A DNA stretch of 56,646 nucleotides, counting the filler, from Platydemus manokwari (taxonomy: Eukaryota), in assembly GCA_037951405.1 (NCBI GenBank). It is 5 parts of 5 records of this genome, joined end to end, with 100 filler letters (N's around TTAATTAATTAA, not from the genome) between each part and the next. Parts side by side here need not be neighbours in the genome. Positions count along the whole stretch, not along the records: positions 1 to 10,310 come from JBBMOY011146327.1; positions 10,411 to 19,818 come from JBBMOY011253763.1; 3 more parts are not named here. One strand, written 5' to 3'. Within the stretch, counting starts at the first letter, position 1; each line of letters starts with the position of its first letter. Shown here piece after piece: positions 1 through 11,558 of this stretch. Under the pieces are notes generated by a model. The model searched no databases. It was not told where the DNA came from and worked only from the letters and a program-made list of their open reading frames with translations. The position numbers were made by a program, and so were the translations under genes.

Positions 1-345
1 ATCAAATGTCAGCGCTGCGGAGTCGATACTCACGCCACATCTGAATGTACACTTCGGGGACTGGAATGTACCAAGTGTAACCGCAAAGGACATCTCGAGA
101 AAATCTGCAGATCAGCCGCTTTCACAAAGGAACGAGACGAGGTGAACACTCAAGGGAAAATTAAGTGCTTCACTTGTGGAAAATTTGGACACGTACAACG
201 ATCTTGCCCCAGCAATCAAGGGACCGACAAGCCAACAGCTGAAAAAGTCATGATGGCTCAAACTCTGCCCGCATATGAAGAGTGGACTCGGATGCAACAG
301 TTAGAACATGAATACTTGGAGGAAGTGAACCGCAAACTCACCTAA
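1..345 (+). CDS. gag: Gag nucleocapsid C-terminus with three CX2CX4HX4C zinc knuckles (5' partial)
   Basis: Frame +1 from base 1 reads IKCQRCGVDTHATSEC-TLRGLE-CTKCNRKGHLEKIC...IKCFTCGKFGHVQRSCP, ending at TAA 343-345. Confidence 0.85.
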   Translation: MKCQRCGVDTHATSECTLRGLECTKCNRKGHLEKICRSAAFTKERDEVNTQGKIKCFTCGKFGHVQRSCPSNQGTDKPTAEKVMMAQTLPAYEEWTRMQQLEHEYLEEVNRKLT

Positions 346-1660
346 AGCATCTACGCGAACGGTGTTTAGTCTATCAAGAGGCTATCCGAAAGGGGAACCA
401 TACCAACCCTCCCTGGATCATTCATACGCTCAGTCTAGTGGCACCAGCTCAAGCAGCTCCGCCACTTATCTGAAACTGATTTATACGTTAGAAGAAGCAC
501 GGGCTCTTCTAACAGTTAAAATAAATAATTATATGCAACTCACTCCGTCAAGAGAGCAAACAGAAACTTCTAATGAGTTACAAACTCCATGCATATCACC
601 GATAATCATGCGAGCCGAGAAAGCGTATACATGCAACGAGTATGAAGAAGAAGCCGACACTACCCAGGTAGTCGAAACGTGGGAAATCGAAGAAATTTCC
701 AAAGAAAAAGCAAATGAAGCTAAACCAAGTCTCACGCAAGTAATCACTGCTGAAAATGTGCTTGCAACAATTGAACTAACAGCTGAGGAACAATCAACTT
801 TGACTCAGTTCGCTCGCAATTTATTAAGAGAAGCTCAAAGGAATCCGCAAGACGAGCAGATGATCAAGAGTATCTTAAGTAATCACATTTACACCACTAT
901 ACCTACCGATGTATTGGCTGCCACCGCACCAATACTGGTTGAACTATTGGATAAGGGAGCCATTTACCGAAAGGAGGTACAGTTACTCCTACAGCGAAAT
1001 GGGCTAGCCATTCGGAGTCAACCGCAAGGAGCACCGATGCTCAATCTACACATTCGAACCAGTCATCACGGGAACTGGCTCAAGACATACTCTTGCTTCA
1101 CATACGTTCGCAAACTCAGACAGGACATTAGACAAGAAAAATCAATTACGGAACCATTCATCATCACAATTCAATCGAATCCGGTAGATGATGACGAATA
1201 TTTAGTTGACGTAGGCTGCTTACCAGACTTCGTTACAGTGGTAAAAGTACTGATAACGCCAGTGGAATCCAAACAATGGAGACGGATACCCACACTGTCC
1301 AAGGCAGAAATCGAGCCAGAAACGGGAAGAGTGGAGACACAGTTGCCAGTAGACTTAGATGTGGAACCACAGGAAACATCTCAATTCATGGACTACCAGC
1401 CAGAGTATGATCCACAACCATCTCCACCACCACCAGAACCGATCGTCGATGAAGTTATCGAAATAGTGGACCTCGATCCACCAGCTAATAAAATCAGTCA
1501 GAATCATGAGGAAATCATACAAGAGATAGAAAATCCTCCTCCAAAACCAGATCCACCAATTGTGCCAACGCAGGACACTAGTGGACCACCGCGGAAACGA
1601 AGAAACAGAGACACACATGCCCGCACCAACAGTCAGGTACAAGCACAGCTGCTACGATGA
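329..1660 (+). CDS. Retroelement accessory/polyprotein region of unknown function (acidic and Pro-rich segments, basic RKRR motif)
   Basis: Frame +2 is open from 329 to TGA 1658-1660 (432 aa from GTG 362). The same frame continues past the stop. No RT, RNase H or integrase motifs seen. Confidence 0.6.
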   Translation, partial: TANSPKASTRTVFSLSRGYPKGEPYQPSLDHSYAQSSGTSSSSSATYLKLIYTLEEARALLTVKINNYMQLTPSREQTETSNELQTPCISPIIMRAEKAYTCNEYEEEADTTQVVETWEIEEISKEKANEAKPSLTQVITAENVLATIELTAEEQSTLTQFARNLLREAQRNPQDEQMIKSILSNHIYTTIPTDVLAATAPILVELLDKGAIYRKEVQLLLQRNGLAIRSQPQGAPMLNLHIRTSHHGNWLKTYSCFTYVRKLRQDIRQEKSITEPFIITIQSNPVDDDEYLVDVGCLPDFVTVVKVLITPVESKQWRRIPTLSKAEIEPETGRVETQLPVDLDVEPQETSQFMDYQPEYDPQPSPPPPEPIVDEVIEIVDLDPPANKISQNHEEIIQEIENPPPKPDPPIVPTQDTSGPPRKRRNRDTHARTNSQVQAQLLR

Positions 1661-2113
1661 CTGGCGGATGATACAACCATAAACTCCAAACAAGACATCC
1701 AGCAATGTCTCTTGCGAATTGCTAAAGGGATTGATCCCTATAACCAACGCTTGACAGAAGTAACTACCGAGGGTTACGAAAAGCTACTCAATGACATAAG
1801 CAGATACATGCCTAGGATTCGACAGATCACACATGATCATCCCATCGTTGATTCAGAAAACGTGTTATGGGAAATTATCAAATACGGAGTTACTGCATCA
1901 AGAGCTAAGATCATATTGATCAATTTGGCCAACAAAATCATGATGGCGTCATACGGAGACACATTACACTACCAGGAAACATTGCAACAGACGGTCAAAT
2001 TAGCTCATCGAACCATAGGAAAATGGATTCAAACGCAAGGAGGATGGACTCAGTTCGGTTACACCGAGTCACTCACCGCAGAAGGACTAGGTAACCTCAA
2101 CAATAATGGATTA
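1661..2113 (+). CDS. Bcl-2-like domain
   Basis: BH1-like NVLWEIIKYGVTASR (cf. TVVEELFRDGVNWGR) and BH2 HRTIGKWIQTQGGWTQF (cf. NRHLHTWIQDNGGWDAF). The BH1 Arg to BH2 Trp spacing is 41 aa, close to Bcl-2, and a hydrophobic segment follows. Confidence 0.7.
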
Positions 2114-2368
2114 ATGAACACATTAATAAAAGTTATACTCATATGCAGCTTGATTGGAAAAACATCTATGCTCACCGCATATGATTGTTCAAACCCCAAG
2201 CTATCCACCATCTATTCGTTAGTTGATCTGTTCGAATGCCCAGCAGTCAATGTCAACAGTGTCAGACAGGGGCCACGAGAGTCCTTTTATGTGTACCAGG
2301 AATTAGAATTCGACCGAACTACAATCAGGGAATGTAGGGTCACGAAGGCCACATTTTTACTGATCTGA
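2114..2368 (+). CDS. env: Envelope glycoprotein N-terminus, chuvirus/Jingchuvirales-like (class III-type), truncated
   Basis: Signal-peptide-like MNTLIKVILICSLIGKTSMLT, then AYDC..YSLVDLFECP..VYQELEF..IRECRV. This matches the AYDC-x-SLxDVxxC-x-Q..F..xxxCxV pattern of chuvirus-derived glycoproteins found in invertebrate retroelements. Confidence 0.7.
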   Translation: MNTLIKVILICSLIGKTSMLTAYDCSNPKLSTIYSLVDLFECPAVNVNSVRQGPRESFYVYQELEFDRTTIRECRVTKATFLLI

Positions 2369-2389
2369 TAAAACTGACTATATTCATAA

Positions 2390-2590
2390 ATTTGTGCTTT
2401 TATTATTATTTTTAATATTATTATTATTATATTGTTATTATTATTATTATCGTTATTATTCTTTATGTAATAATTAATATTATTCTTATCTGATTATCAA
2501 TATTATTATCATTATCACATCTTATTATTATTATTAATACTATTATTATTACTCGAGTACCTTTTATTATTTATTTTGTTATTATTATTT
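2390..2590. repeat. Degenerate (ATT)n microsatellite
   Basis: Runs of ttattattatt. Confidence 0.85.
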
Positions 2591-4766
2591 TAAATTTGTT
2601 CCACTCTATCGTTTCCTTCGATTTACAATTTGAAAGAATACTCAAAATCATTATTATGTATTGAACTAACCGCAGCATTTTGAACCAACTAAAACAACCC
2701 AAAAAATAAATATAAATTGATATAACATTTTTTAAATAAGTTACAAATCCGAAAAATAACGTCAAAAATTATAAATATTTCATTAAAATACAAAAAACCA
2801 AATGTGTTTTAATATTATCTAAAATAGTATTTGTTTAACTACTTCAAAATAGTTAATTATCATTGCAACCTCATTGTCATGAAAAATTGTTCAGCAAATA
2901 TTTTTGGCAACTGCGTTATTCCCAAAAATAAATCATCCCAATTTGGTTTCATAATCGACTTTATTTGTGGGTTGTCACTATTTTTAGCATTGACGTGTAA
3001 GAGTTGCTAATAATAGCAACCTATTTGAGCAAATTAACTTAAATTGCACACAAAGCATTCCAAACAAGTATAAAAGCAGAGAGCCACAGGAAGACATTGC
3101 ACAATTACGACGTACTTGTATAACCTTATAAAAATTTAGCAATTCGAAGAAATTTAACTTTGAAGCTATTTTATTATATACCAATTTCAATCCGAAGAAT
3201 TTGAATAGTGACAAAACTTGATGTATTTAATGAGTATTATTAATTGTTTAATTAAATCTAGACCGTTGATAATTTTAACCTTGTGGTCCTTTAAAATCTA
3301 TAGGTTCAACTTCAAGGTCCCCACTTTCATTTTATCTTGACAGGCTTGCTCAAGCACCTAAGCTCCATGCCCTTTACTGTTTCTTGGCCACTATTCTGCT
3401 TCAACAATAGCGATCATCATCTTGTAATATTATAAAATTATTGTGTTTAGATAATTAATTATTGTCGATTAATTCATTTCATTTTGTTATATTTTTGCCT
3501 TTATTCATTATATTTTATTTGATTATCATACATATTTAAAAATTATTTTGCATTATGTTTTCCGAGCGTTTAAGCAACAACAACTTCTTACCTGACTGGA
3601 ATTCAGATAGGATGAAGATTTTTGGGTGAATATATTTAACTTTATCGTAATTCAAAATCCTTCTGATAATAATAACCGTATTAGTTTACATATTTTTACC
3701 AATTGAACATTCGTAATCTAAACTTATAATTGTTATAAACCGCCTCAGCAATCTTTAACAATTATACGCTATAACATACAGTAATTACTCAGTAAGGATA
3801 AAGATAATAAAACACAGAAAAGTTATTTTGTCATAATCAATAATAAAACACATAAAATAAAATATTAATTTGTCACAACTAATGTTGAGATGTGAGCTAT
3901 AATTAAACTTTGGATATTGAAACTCGCTTGGGTTTGGGAATTCCGTAAAAGAGTCTCAACGAATATTGGGTAATTGCTCAGGCTTGGAATTTGTGGTTAA
4001 ATAATATTGGAAGATTTTTGGAGTGATCGAATTTTTTGGAATTAAGATTTTAGAATGATTGGTTGTCGAGTAATGGAATTATCAGATTGTTTGGGACAAG
4101 GTATTTGATGTATTAATTGATTGAATTGGGATATTGTTGTTCTGAGTTTTGGGGTGTTTGATGTATTGGGTATTGATTAAGAATTTAGAGGTGTTCTGGA
4201 TTTATTGATTGATGATGTGTTTTAGATTATGTGTATCCACAACATTCACAGTCATCGGAGTTCTTTCCCAATATGCTACTCGAGTTTGTCTGTTTCTTAT
4301 TAACATTAACAAAATAATGAATTCTGGGTTATTAATATTAATATTAATAATTATAAATTCATTAAATATTTATTATTGGATTATAATATTGCATAGACTT
4401 GTCACTGATTTTAAGTTATTACAAAATTTCCTTTAATATTAATTAGGTATAATTATTAGGTATAATAATTCAAAGTTTTTAAACTAGATTTCATTAAAAG
4501 ATTTTTAATAAAATGTTTACTAGAATTAAAAAATAATTCTTTATTAAATTAAAAAAATTAATTTATTTTCTTGATTGATAAAATTATTTATATTCGCTAT
4601 AAAATTAATAAATTTGTTAAGATGAATGTACTACAGTGTTAAATCTTGAAACTATTTACTCAAATTGTTTAAATATATACTGGTCTTTGGTAACAAGGCT
4701 GTTGATATTTTAAATTTAAAAACACAAGCTTATACTTGAAATACATAAAATATATTACTTTAAAGG

Positions 4767-7700
4767 ATGGAAGCTGATAAGTTAGAATTGATTAAATGCC
4801 GTAATATTGAGGTAATGTGATACAATTTCAAAATTTAACTTTACTAATACATCAGTTGGAAGAGCAATTGAAATTATGCCAAAATGATTTAAAAAAGAAA
4901 GACGATCATATCAAAGCTTTATCTAGGTAAATTTCAACTTTAAATACGTTTATTGACAGAGTTATAAAGTATGGAAATAAAACGAAGCAGTTCTGACAGT
5001 TCGGATTCTATTCAAACGAAAGCCGAATTAGCATCGATACAGTTACAATTGAGTAATGTTATGCAGAAGGTATTGTTGACAATTTTCATTGGTGAAAACA
5101 ATATTTGATCACAATTTCATTGAAAGCTGGAAGAATATGAAATCAATATCAAAAGTAAAGCCGAACAAGTTCAAGAATTGCAAGCTTCGAATCGCAATCT
5201 TAATGAACAATTGGATAAATTTATTGCCAAAGAATCGGAGCTTCAAGCTAGTTTAACTGCTGCTGAGAAATTATCTAATGAAATGAGCTGTGCCAATTCA
5301 AGAAGCGAGTTGGTAATTGTTTCCTTGCAAAAAGAATTAACGGAATTCACTGAGAAAATTATCGAACTGGAACAGCAAATAAAGTAATCGACAAATCGGA
5401 TTAGTTGTTATTTGACGAATATCTTGACTGAATTCAGAGATCTCACCATCACGAAGAGTTCGTCCGATCATTCTCACGAAATGTTGACAGTGAAAATCAA
5501 TGAATTCTACTCCAATCTCACGATGCATTTGAACGTTGAATCGGATTCCGAACCGAATACGGTATTTGAAAAGGTGCAACAGTTGGACAAAACCGTCTCG
5601 TTTATTTGATTTTGCGATATTTTTCAGGTTAAACATTTGACCAGCGAAAACAATCAATTGAAAGGTGAGATCGATAATTTGAAAACAACGGCCAAAGAAC
5701 GAGAGGAGAAATTTTTGGAAAGTCGAGAATCAATGAGAAAAATGATGCAAAACATCGATAAAGACAAAGGAAATCTTGAAGATTATATTCGAATGAAACG
5801 CGAAATGACATTCGTAAGGCAACATGGCCAGGAGAGATTTGATTGGTTAATGAATATTTGGTTTTTTGTAGGAAATCGAGAAGATTAATGCGGAGAAGAA
5901 ATCGATGGAAATGAAGAGTTCCGAACTGGAAAACCAGTTAATCGACACGAAAAAGATTCTCGAAGAAACCAAGAAAATTCTCGAGGACAAAGAAGCCCAA
6001 TTGGCTAAGATTTATTTGGAGAAACGCGAGTCTAATTTCAGCATGGTAAATGTTAGTAGGGAACTCGATGGTTTCAAAGAATCAATAGCAGGCCTTCTAG
6101 GAAACCCTTTGAATCGATGTTCACCGACGGAAGAAGCCATTAAAGAACGATTAAAGAGTCTCATTCAGGAAGCGAAAGAAAAGGATAATGTGAGATGGAT
6201 AGATTGTTAGATTAAATAATCTCATTGTCTTTGGGCTGTAGTCGATATCCGTTCTCAATGTAAAATTGAAAAATGTTTCCGAACAGTATGAGAAACAATA
6301 TGAGAACTCAAAGGAAACTGGTTTGAAAGCACGTCGAGTGGAATTGGAATATCTGGATTTAACAGAACGCATTCGTCAGTTGGAAAAGGAGCTGTCTTCG
6401 AGAGATGTTACTCGAGACTCATTAAGAGCAGAAAAGGAAAAGGTTTCCAATCTCAATTTTGTATTCGATTACTTATATTTGTTTGTCGATTTAGTTCTAC
6501 CATTTTCTAAGACGACTGGCAACGACATTTAAAATGGATCCGTACACTCACGAACAAGATTTTTCCTTGATTTTCGATGGTATTCTCGGTAAATGTTGAG
6601 AGATAGGTAGCTGAGTAGAATGATTTTTCACAAATTTATTTTCAGATCGAGCATCTCATCTGGTTCACAGCGAAAATGAAAAGAATATTGATACTAGTCA
6701 AACGATATCCTCTTTAAAGAAGCGACTTCGAGATGTGAAAGACCAATTGCATAGCCGGGATTTGCATTTGGAAATGATGAGAAAGAAATTGGCGAACCAA
6801 GACGACAAGATTCGAGAAGCTTATGAAGAAGTGGATCAGAAACGGGATTTAGTGGACAGTGAAGAAACTTTGAAGGTGAAACTGTCCAAGATACAGAAAA
6901 AAGTTGAACAGCTGAGAAACGAAAATAAAGTTTTGAAAGCCGAGCTCTTTGAATGTTCGGATATCAAGGTAAAAATACTGTTTATTGATTTCTCTATTTG
7001 AGATTATTATTAATATTTTATATTTGTTATGATTTTGGGGGGGGTATGCTAATATGGTGCTGGATTTCCTAACCAAGTAATAAGGGTGATTGTAGTTAAG
7101 TAACAGTGGCTCTCGTTTAGAATACATCAATTTCATTTCCTTTACAATGATAATGATTATAATTATTGTTGGTTATTGAAAATATGTTTGATATAAACAT
7201 TTATTTATTAAATTACATGTGCTGGTTAACTCATTTCAATGCAAATATCAATAAGTAACACGTCATCTGTCTTCAACTGGCTTTATCTAGTTGCGACATT
7301 TATAAACGAGAATTTGTCCATGCTCAATTTCTAAATGATGTTATCATTTCCAAGGATCAAATTAGAGTTATCTATTCATACCAAGTTTTTATTATGTCGT
7401 CGCGTAGCAGTGTATTTTGTTTCAAATCGAAATTTTTGTTCTAAATTGATTCTGATTGATCGGTGATCCACTTTGTATGATTGTGTAGACATGCGTGTAT
7501 GTAAAATATCGAGACATGGGTTCAAAGATGATGAAAATTATTGTTATGTGGTACTATTATAATTATAATTTGGAGTTAAATTTATAAATTAATCACCAAG
7601 TTATTCTACCAAATTGAATTATTTCTATTTGAAATATTTATAGCTATTAACTTCCTCCAAATTCTAATTATCAATATATAAGTTACCTGCAAGACTTTAA

Positions 7701-9778
7701 AACATGGGTAACCAAGAGTGTAAGAAGTGAATAAATTCGTGTTATCATTAATATAACGGTTCTAATAAACACTCGGAAGATATACATTTAAACCCATTAG
7801 AAATATGCTATTATTAAATGGACAAAGAAATAATTGGAATGGAAGGCCAAATATAAATAGTATTAGTATAAGCTTGCACAAAAATTCACGCATTAAAGAA
7901 AATTTCGAAGGCGAGTAATAAGCAAACATTTTGCGCATAATCAATAAGTTCCAGTCAATCGATTAAATGACTCTCGTAACTTTCAATTCAATTTTCTACC
8001 TTATAAATTATAATCATGCAAAACTAATCTTATTTTATGGTTAACAGCATCTACTAAAATTTCTTGCAATAAGAAATATTCATCAAATCCTTTTTCTAGT
8101 TTATCAATCGACTATTTCATTAATTTTGAAATCGAGTCTGTATAGCTGCCATTAGACAGTGCTATTTTGCTAACAATATCCATTATCCTTATAGCAAGCC
8201 AGCCTTCAAATAACAATAATATATACAAAACAAATTTGTTATTCATATTTATGTATTCTGTTTTCAAGAAGAAAAATTTACTTGTCAATTGCCTCATTAA
8301 TTATTTATCATATTTTTATTTATACACACGCGAACTATTTTCCGAGAAGTCTCAAATTCATAGTGTGATATATATAATCGAATAATATCAAGTTTCAATA
8401 TATTTAATTAAAATATTTTTATAGATATTATCGATAGTCAATTGTGATTGAATCAACTGACTTATAAAACTCCGCCAATGTGTTAAATGATATTTTTACA
8501 CTTTTATTAAGTGTCTATATGCATTACGACTCCTAAATCTAACCTAGATCTAATTATTTATCTAGAGTTAACAAATTTTAGTAACTTTCAATAAGATGCA
8601 TGAGGAACCATGATGGTCATCGCAGAGCAATTATTTAGAAATAGTGAGAATACACAAGGTAACAGTCGCAATATTTTAAACTCTAAATTGATTTTACTAT
8701 TGAATAGGAGAGACAACGAGAAATATTGTGAGATAATCACTACTCCTGTGTTTGCAAAGACTATGCTTTCCACTGATGATCCCTAAATTTTATAAAAACC
8801 TGGTTCATTCTTGTTATCCAAATATCCAAATTAAAATCCAAAGATTTCCAAATTAATTTTCTATTTTCTACGGTTAATTTTTAATTTTATTGTGGGTGAA
8901 AATGATCAGTTTGATGAATTAAAATAGGTCATATTGTCATTCAATCTACTTTTATGATGTTTGTTTTGTTATATGTTAGTTAGATCCAATAACTGTTAAT
9001 CACATGTTTTCAAAAATTTTATTAGTAGCTATTACTGATGATCGCTTAAACTCAATTTGATGTTCTTTGTTAACTTTAATATTTTATAATGTGATTCTCT
9101 GTTGAGTTGTCAAAAATTTTTAGATAATTTTTTCTAATTTCTATTCCATTAATTCAGAGAGCAGCCTCAAATCAGAACAAAGAATTGGAAACATTGCAAC
9201 ATAATTTGCAAAAGCTTGAGCGAGTGCGACAAAAACAAGCTGAAAAAATTGCCGAATTCACTAAAAATAATGACAAGTTTGAATTTGAAGCCAATCAATC
9301 CAGATTTGTGGCCGAGAATGCTGTTCAGTCGCTTACAACGGAAATGAAGACTTTGAGAAGTTCATTAGAACGAGCAAGAAGATCTGAAAAAGAGGTTTTT
9401 TACAATCACTTTTGTAGCGATTATACTGATTGATTTGTATTTAGTTATTGGATTTCCGGGCTGTAGTTGGTCGCATCATTGGTCTGTGTGTAGATGATTT
9501 GGCCATTCCTAACTATGATATTATACGTCGACTTGAAAAATTAGTTTCAGTACCAAGGTCTGGATTCACTGTGGCGGTACCAGTCCCGCATTACCCCGCA
9601 AAGAACGGTACAATTAATTGAGTGATGGGTTAGGATTAATGCACTTTTAGGCTATGAAGATGCAAGTAGACTGCTTGGAAGAAAAAGAATGAGTCCAAAT
9701 CGCACTTTGAATCAGGATGCAATACGACCTCGATCTGTGTCTCCAATTCATGAGACTCGTGATTCAAGAAAATATTAA
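4767..9778 (+). CDS. CCDC170: Coiled-coil domain-containing protein 170-like; exons 4767-4811, 4856-4926, 4970-5069, 5127-5383, 5438-5573, 5628-5813, 5872-6189, 6242-6442, 6495-6588, 6646-6968, 9158-9394, 9445-9607, 9651-9778
   Basis: GT-AG introns join the ORF pieces in frame. The protein is heptad-rich. RDLHLEMMRKKL and LLDFRAVVGRIIGLCVDDLAIPNYDIIRRLEKL resemble the CCDC170 C-terminus. The start codon is tentative. Confidence 0.8.
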
Positions 9779-10310
9779 CTGGAATCTGTTTATTCTGTCA
9801 AAATTTAAAGACAATTTTCAAATCTTTATAACATTGTTTCTGTGTTGATGACACTGATGAGCACTGATATTATTTATTATTTTTATTATCATGATCATGT
9901 AGAGTTATAAGAAATATGTTGATTTCGTATTTTTCATTGTAAAATTATTAAAAAAAATTCAATACTAAACTTGAATATTTTTCAGAACCTTTAGATGAAA
10001 GGAAAATTTTAAATTTAATAAACTATCAAATAAAAGCAATATGTAAAACAAACGATAATAAGGACGAAGAAAAAAATATTGTAAGAAATGCGAAAATAAA
10101 GAGTTATCTAGCTCTCCGTATACTTATTTTATGATGTATATCCCTTTACGAGCGCACTGTCGTTCAAACTTATATGGCTTTAAAATAATTTTACAGTTGA
10201 TGCAATATAGATAAGAATAAACGAAAAATATTTGAAATTAATAACTATAAATTTAATCTGACTCCAATTAAATAATTAACGAATGCAAATAAAAATATAT
10301 AACTGTTATT

Positions 10311-10410
10311 NNNNNNNNNNNNNNNNNNNNNNNNNNNNNNNNNNNNNNNNNNNNTTAATTAATTAANNNNNNNNNNNNNNNNNNNNNNNNNNNNNNNNNN
10401 NNNNNNNNNN
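10311..10410. other. Assembly gap with artificial TTAATTAATTAA spacer
   Basis: N-run, TTAATTAATTAA, N-run; the same pattern occurs at 19819-19918, 30091-30190 and 40427-40526. Confidence 0.95.
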
Positions 10411-11558
10411 TTATAATTTTTGTTAGCTACTACTATTACAGAAAAGACGAACAAAATAAAATTCTATACAAAGCCATATCTGTAAAAAATTAATTAAATT
10501 TTAATAATTTCACAATTTGTAAAAAAGATAATATTAAATAATAATAATGTGAAACATTTTTATAACAGAAAAACTGTAATTGTAATGTTTTATTTCTCAT
10601 TGCTTTAAATTTATTAAACATTGAATTGCTCTTAAGGTGTTTTGTTTTTTAGATTAAGAACAATAGAAAATATTAGAATATCCATTTAGACAATAGATTA
10701 CTTTGGTTTTTCAAGAGTAATGTAGCATATCGAGTATTATTTAGTTAATATTTCTAACACAAATTTCTAATGTTGTTGAAAACCATGGAAATAGTGTAAG
10801 ATACAAGTAAATAATAGAAATAAGAATGATGTCCGTGCACTCAATAGGTTCCCTAAATTGATTAGCTTATTTATAATGTTCTGAATAATCTAGTACTTGG
10901 TGTCGTTCCATGATTAGATTGTGATGCTGTTAATGTCTTAAATGATCGTTAAAGATAGGAATGTTTTATGATTGTCTTTTCATGAGATTTTGTAAACAAT
11001 GCAACAAAAGACAGTGATTATCTATAATCGTTTTGATTTTCGTGTACCATTCAGTAATATATTTCTAGAATCATTGAACGCCTCATCAATAATGATCTAA
11101 TTCGTACAATTATTAAACCACTTATTTTCCAACACATCATCTTATTTATACTAACATTCACTGTATTGCAAAAATTCAAGTAACTATAGCACTTAAATAT
11201 TCTTTAATCAAAGAAATTTCAAAGATTAGTGCAGCAAAAATTTTAGATGAAATCAAGTTCGTTTAATTCCATCTCTTAAATTTTATAATTCAAATATATT
11301 TTTGATACAGTTTTGTTTTCAATTTTTCCTTTAAATCATTATAAATATTCTTTTGTTTAATATTTATTGAAAAATAATAAATGCAAAATATAGAGTGATA
11401 ATATATTTTCAGATACAAAATGAGACATTTTAATGAAAATAGTTTCAAAATCAATAAAACGAATGATTAAAGCTGAGTTATTTTAAAATGTGCTCATAAA
11501 TTGATTCAAATCTGTGCTTGGGCTAATAAAAATGATGACGCTGAATAAATTTAAGTGT

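Larger units (their letters stand above)
1..2368 (+). mobile_element. Endogenous LTR-retroelement/retrovirus-like fragment (gag end - accessory region - Bcl-2-like - env start), truncated at 3' end
   Basis: Intronless, visibly more GC-rich than the flanks, with long ORFs carrying Gag CCHC knuckles and an env-like N-terminus. It breaks off into an (ATT)n tract at about 2390. Confidence 0.85.

Noticed and set aside
1195-1235. YLVDVGCLPDFV as a retropepsin D(T/S)G active site
   Set aside because: It reads DVG rather than DTG/DSG, and no downstream ILG-D motif is visible; too weak to call a protease.
112-1642. Antisense ORFs 112-297, 529-747 and 1355-1642
   Set aside because: Shadow frames of the sense retroelement ORFs with no motifs of their own.
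4927-4959. 33-nt ultra-short intron in the CCDC170-like gene
   Set aside because: That acceptor leads to a stop; the AG at 4968-4969 (43-nt intron) keeps the frame.
10355-10366. TTAATTAATTAA motif recurring four times between N-runs
   Set aside because: An artificial all-frame-stop spacer inserted in scaffold gaps, not biological.
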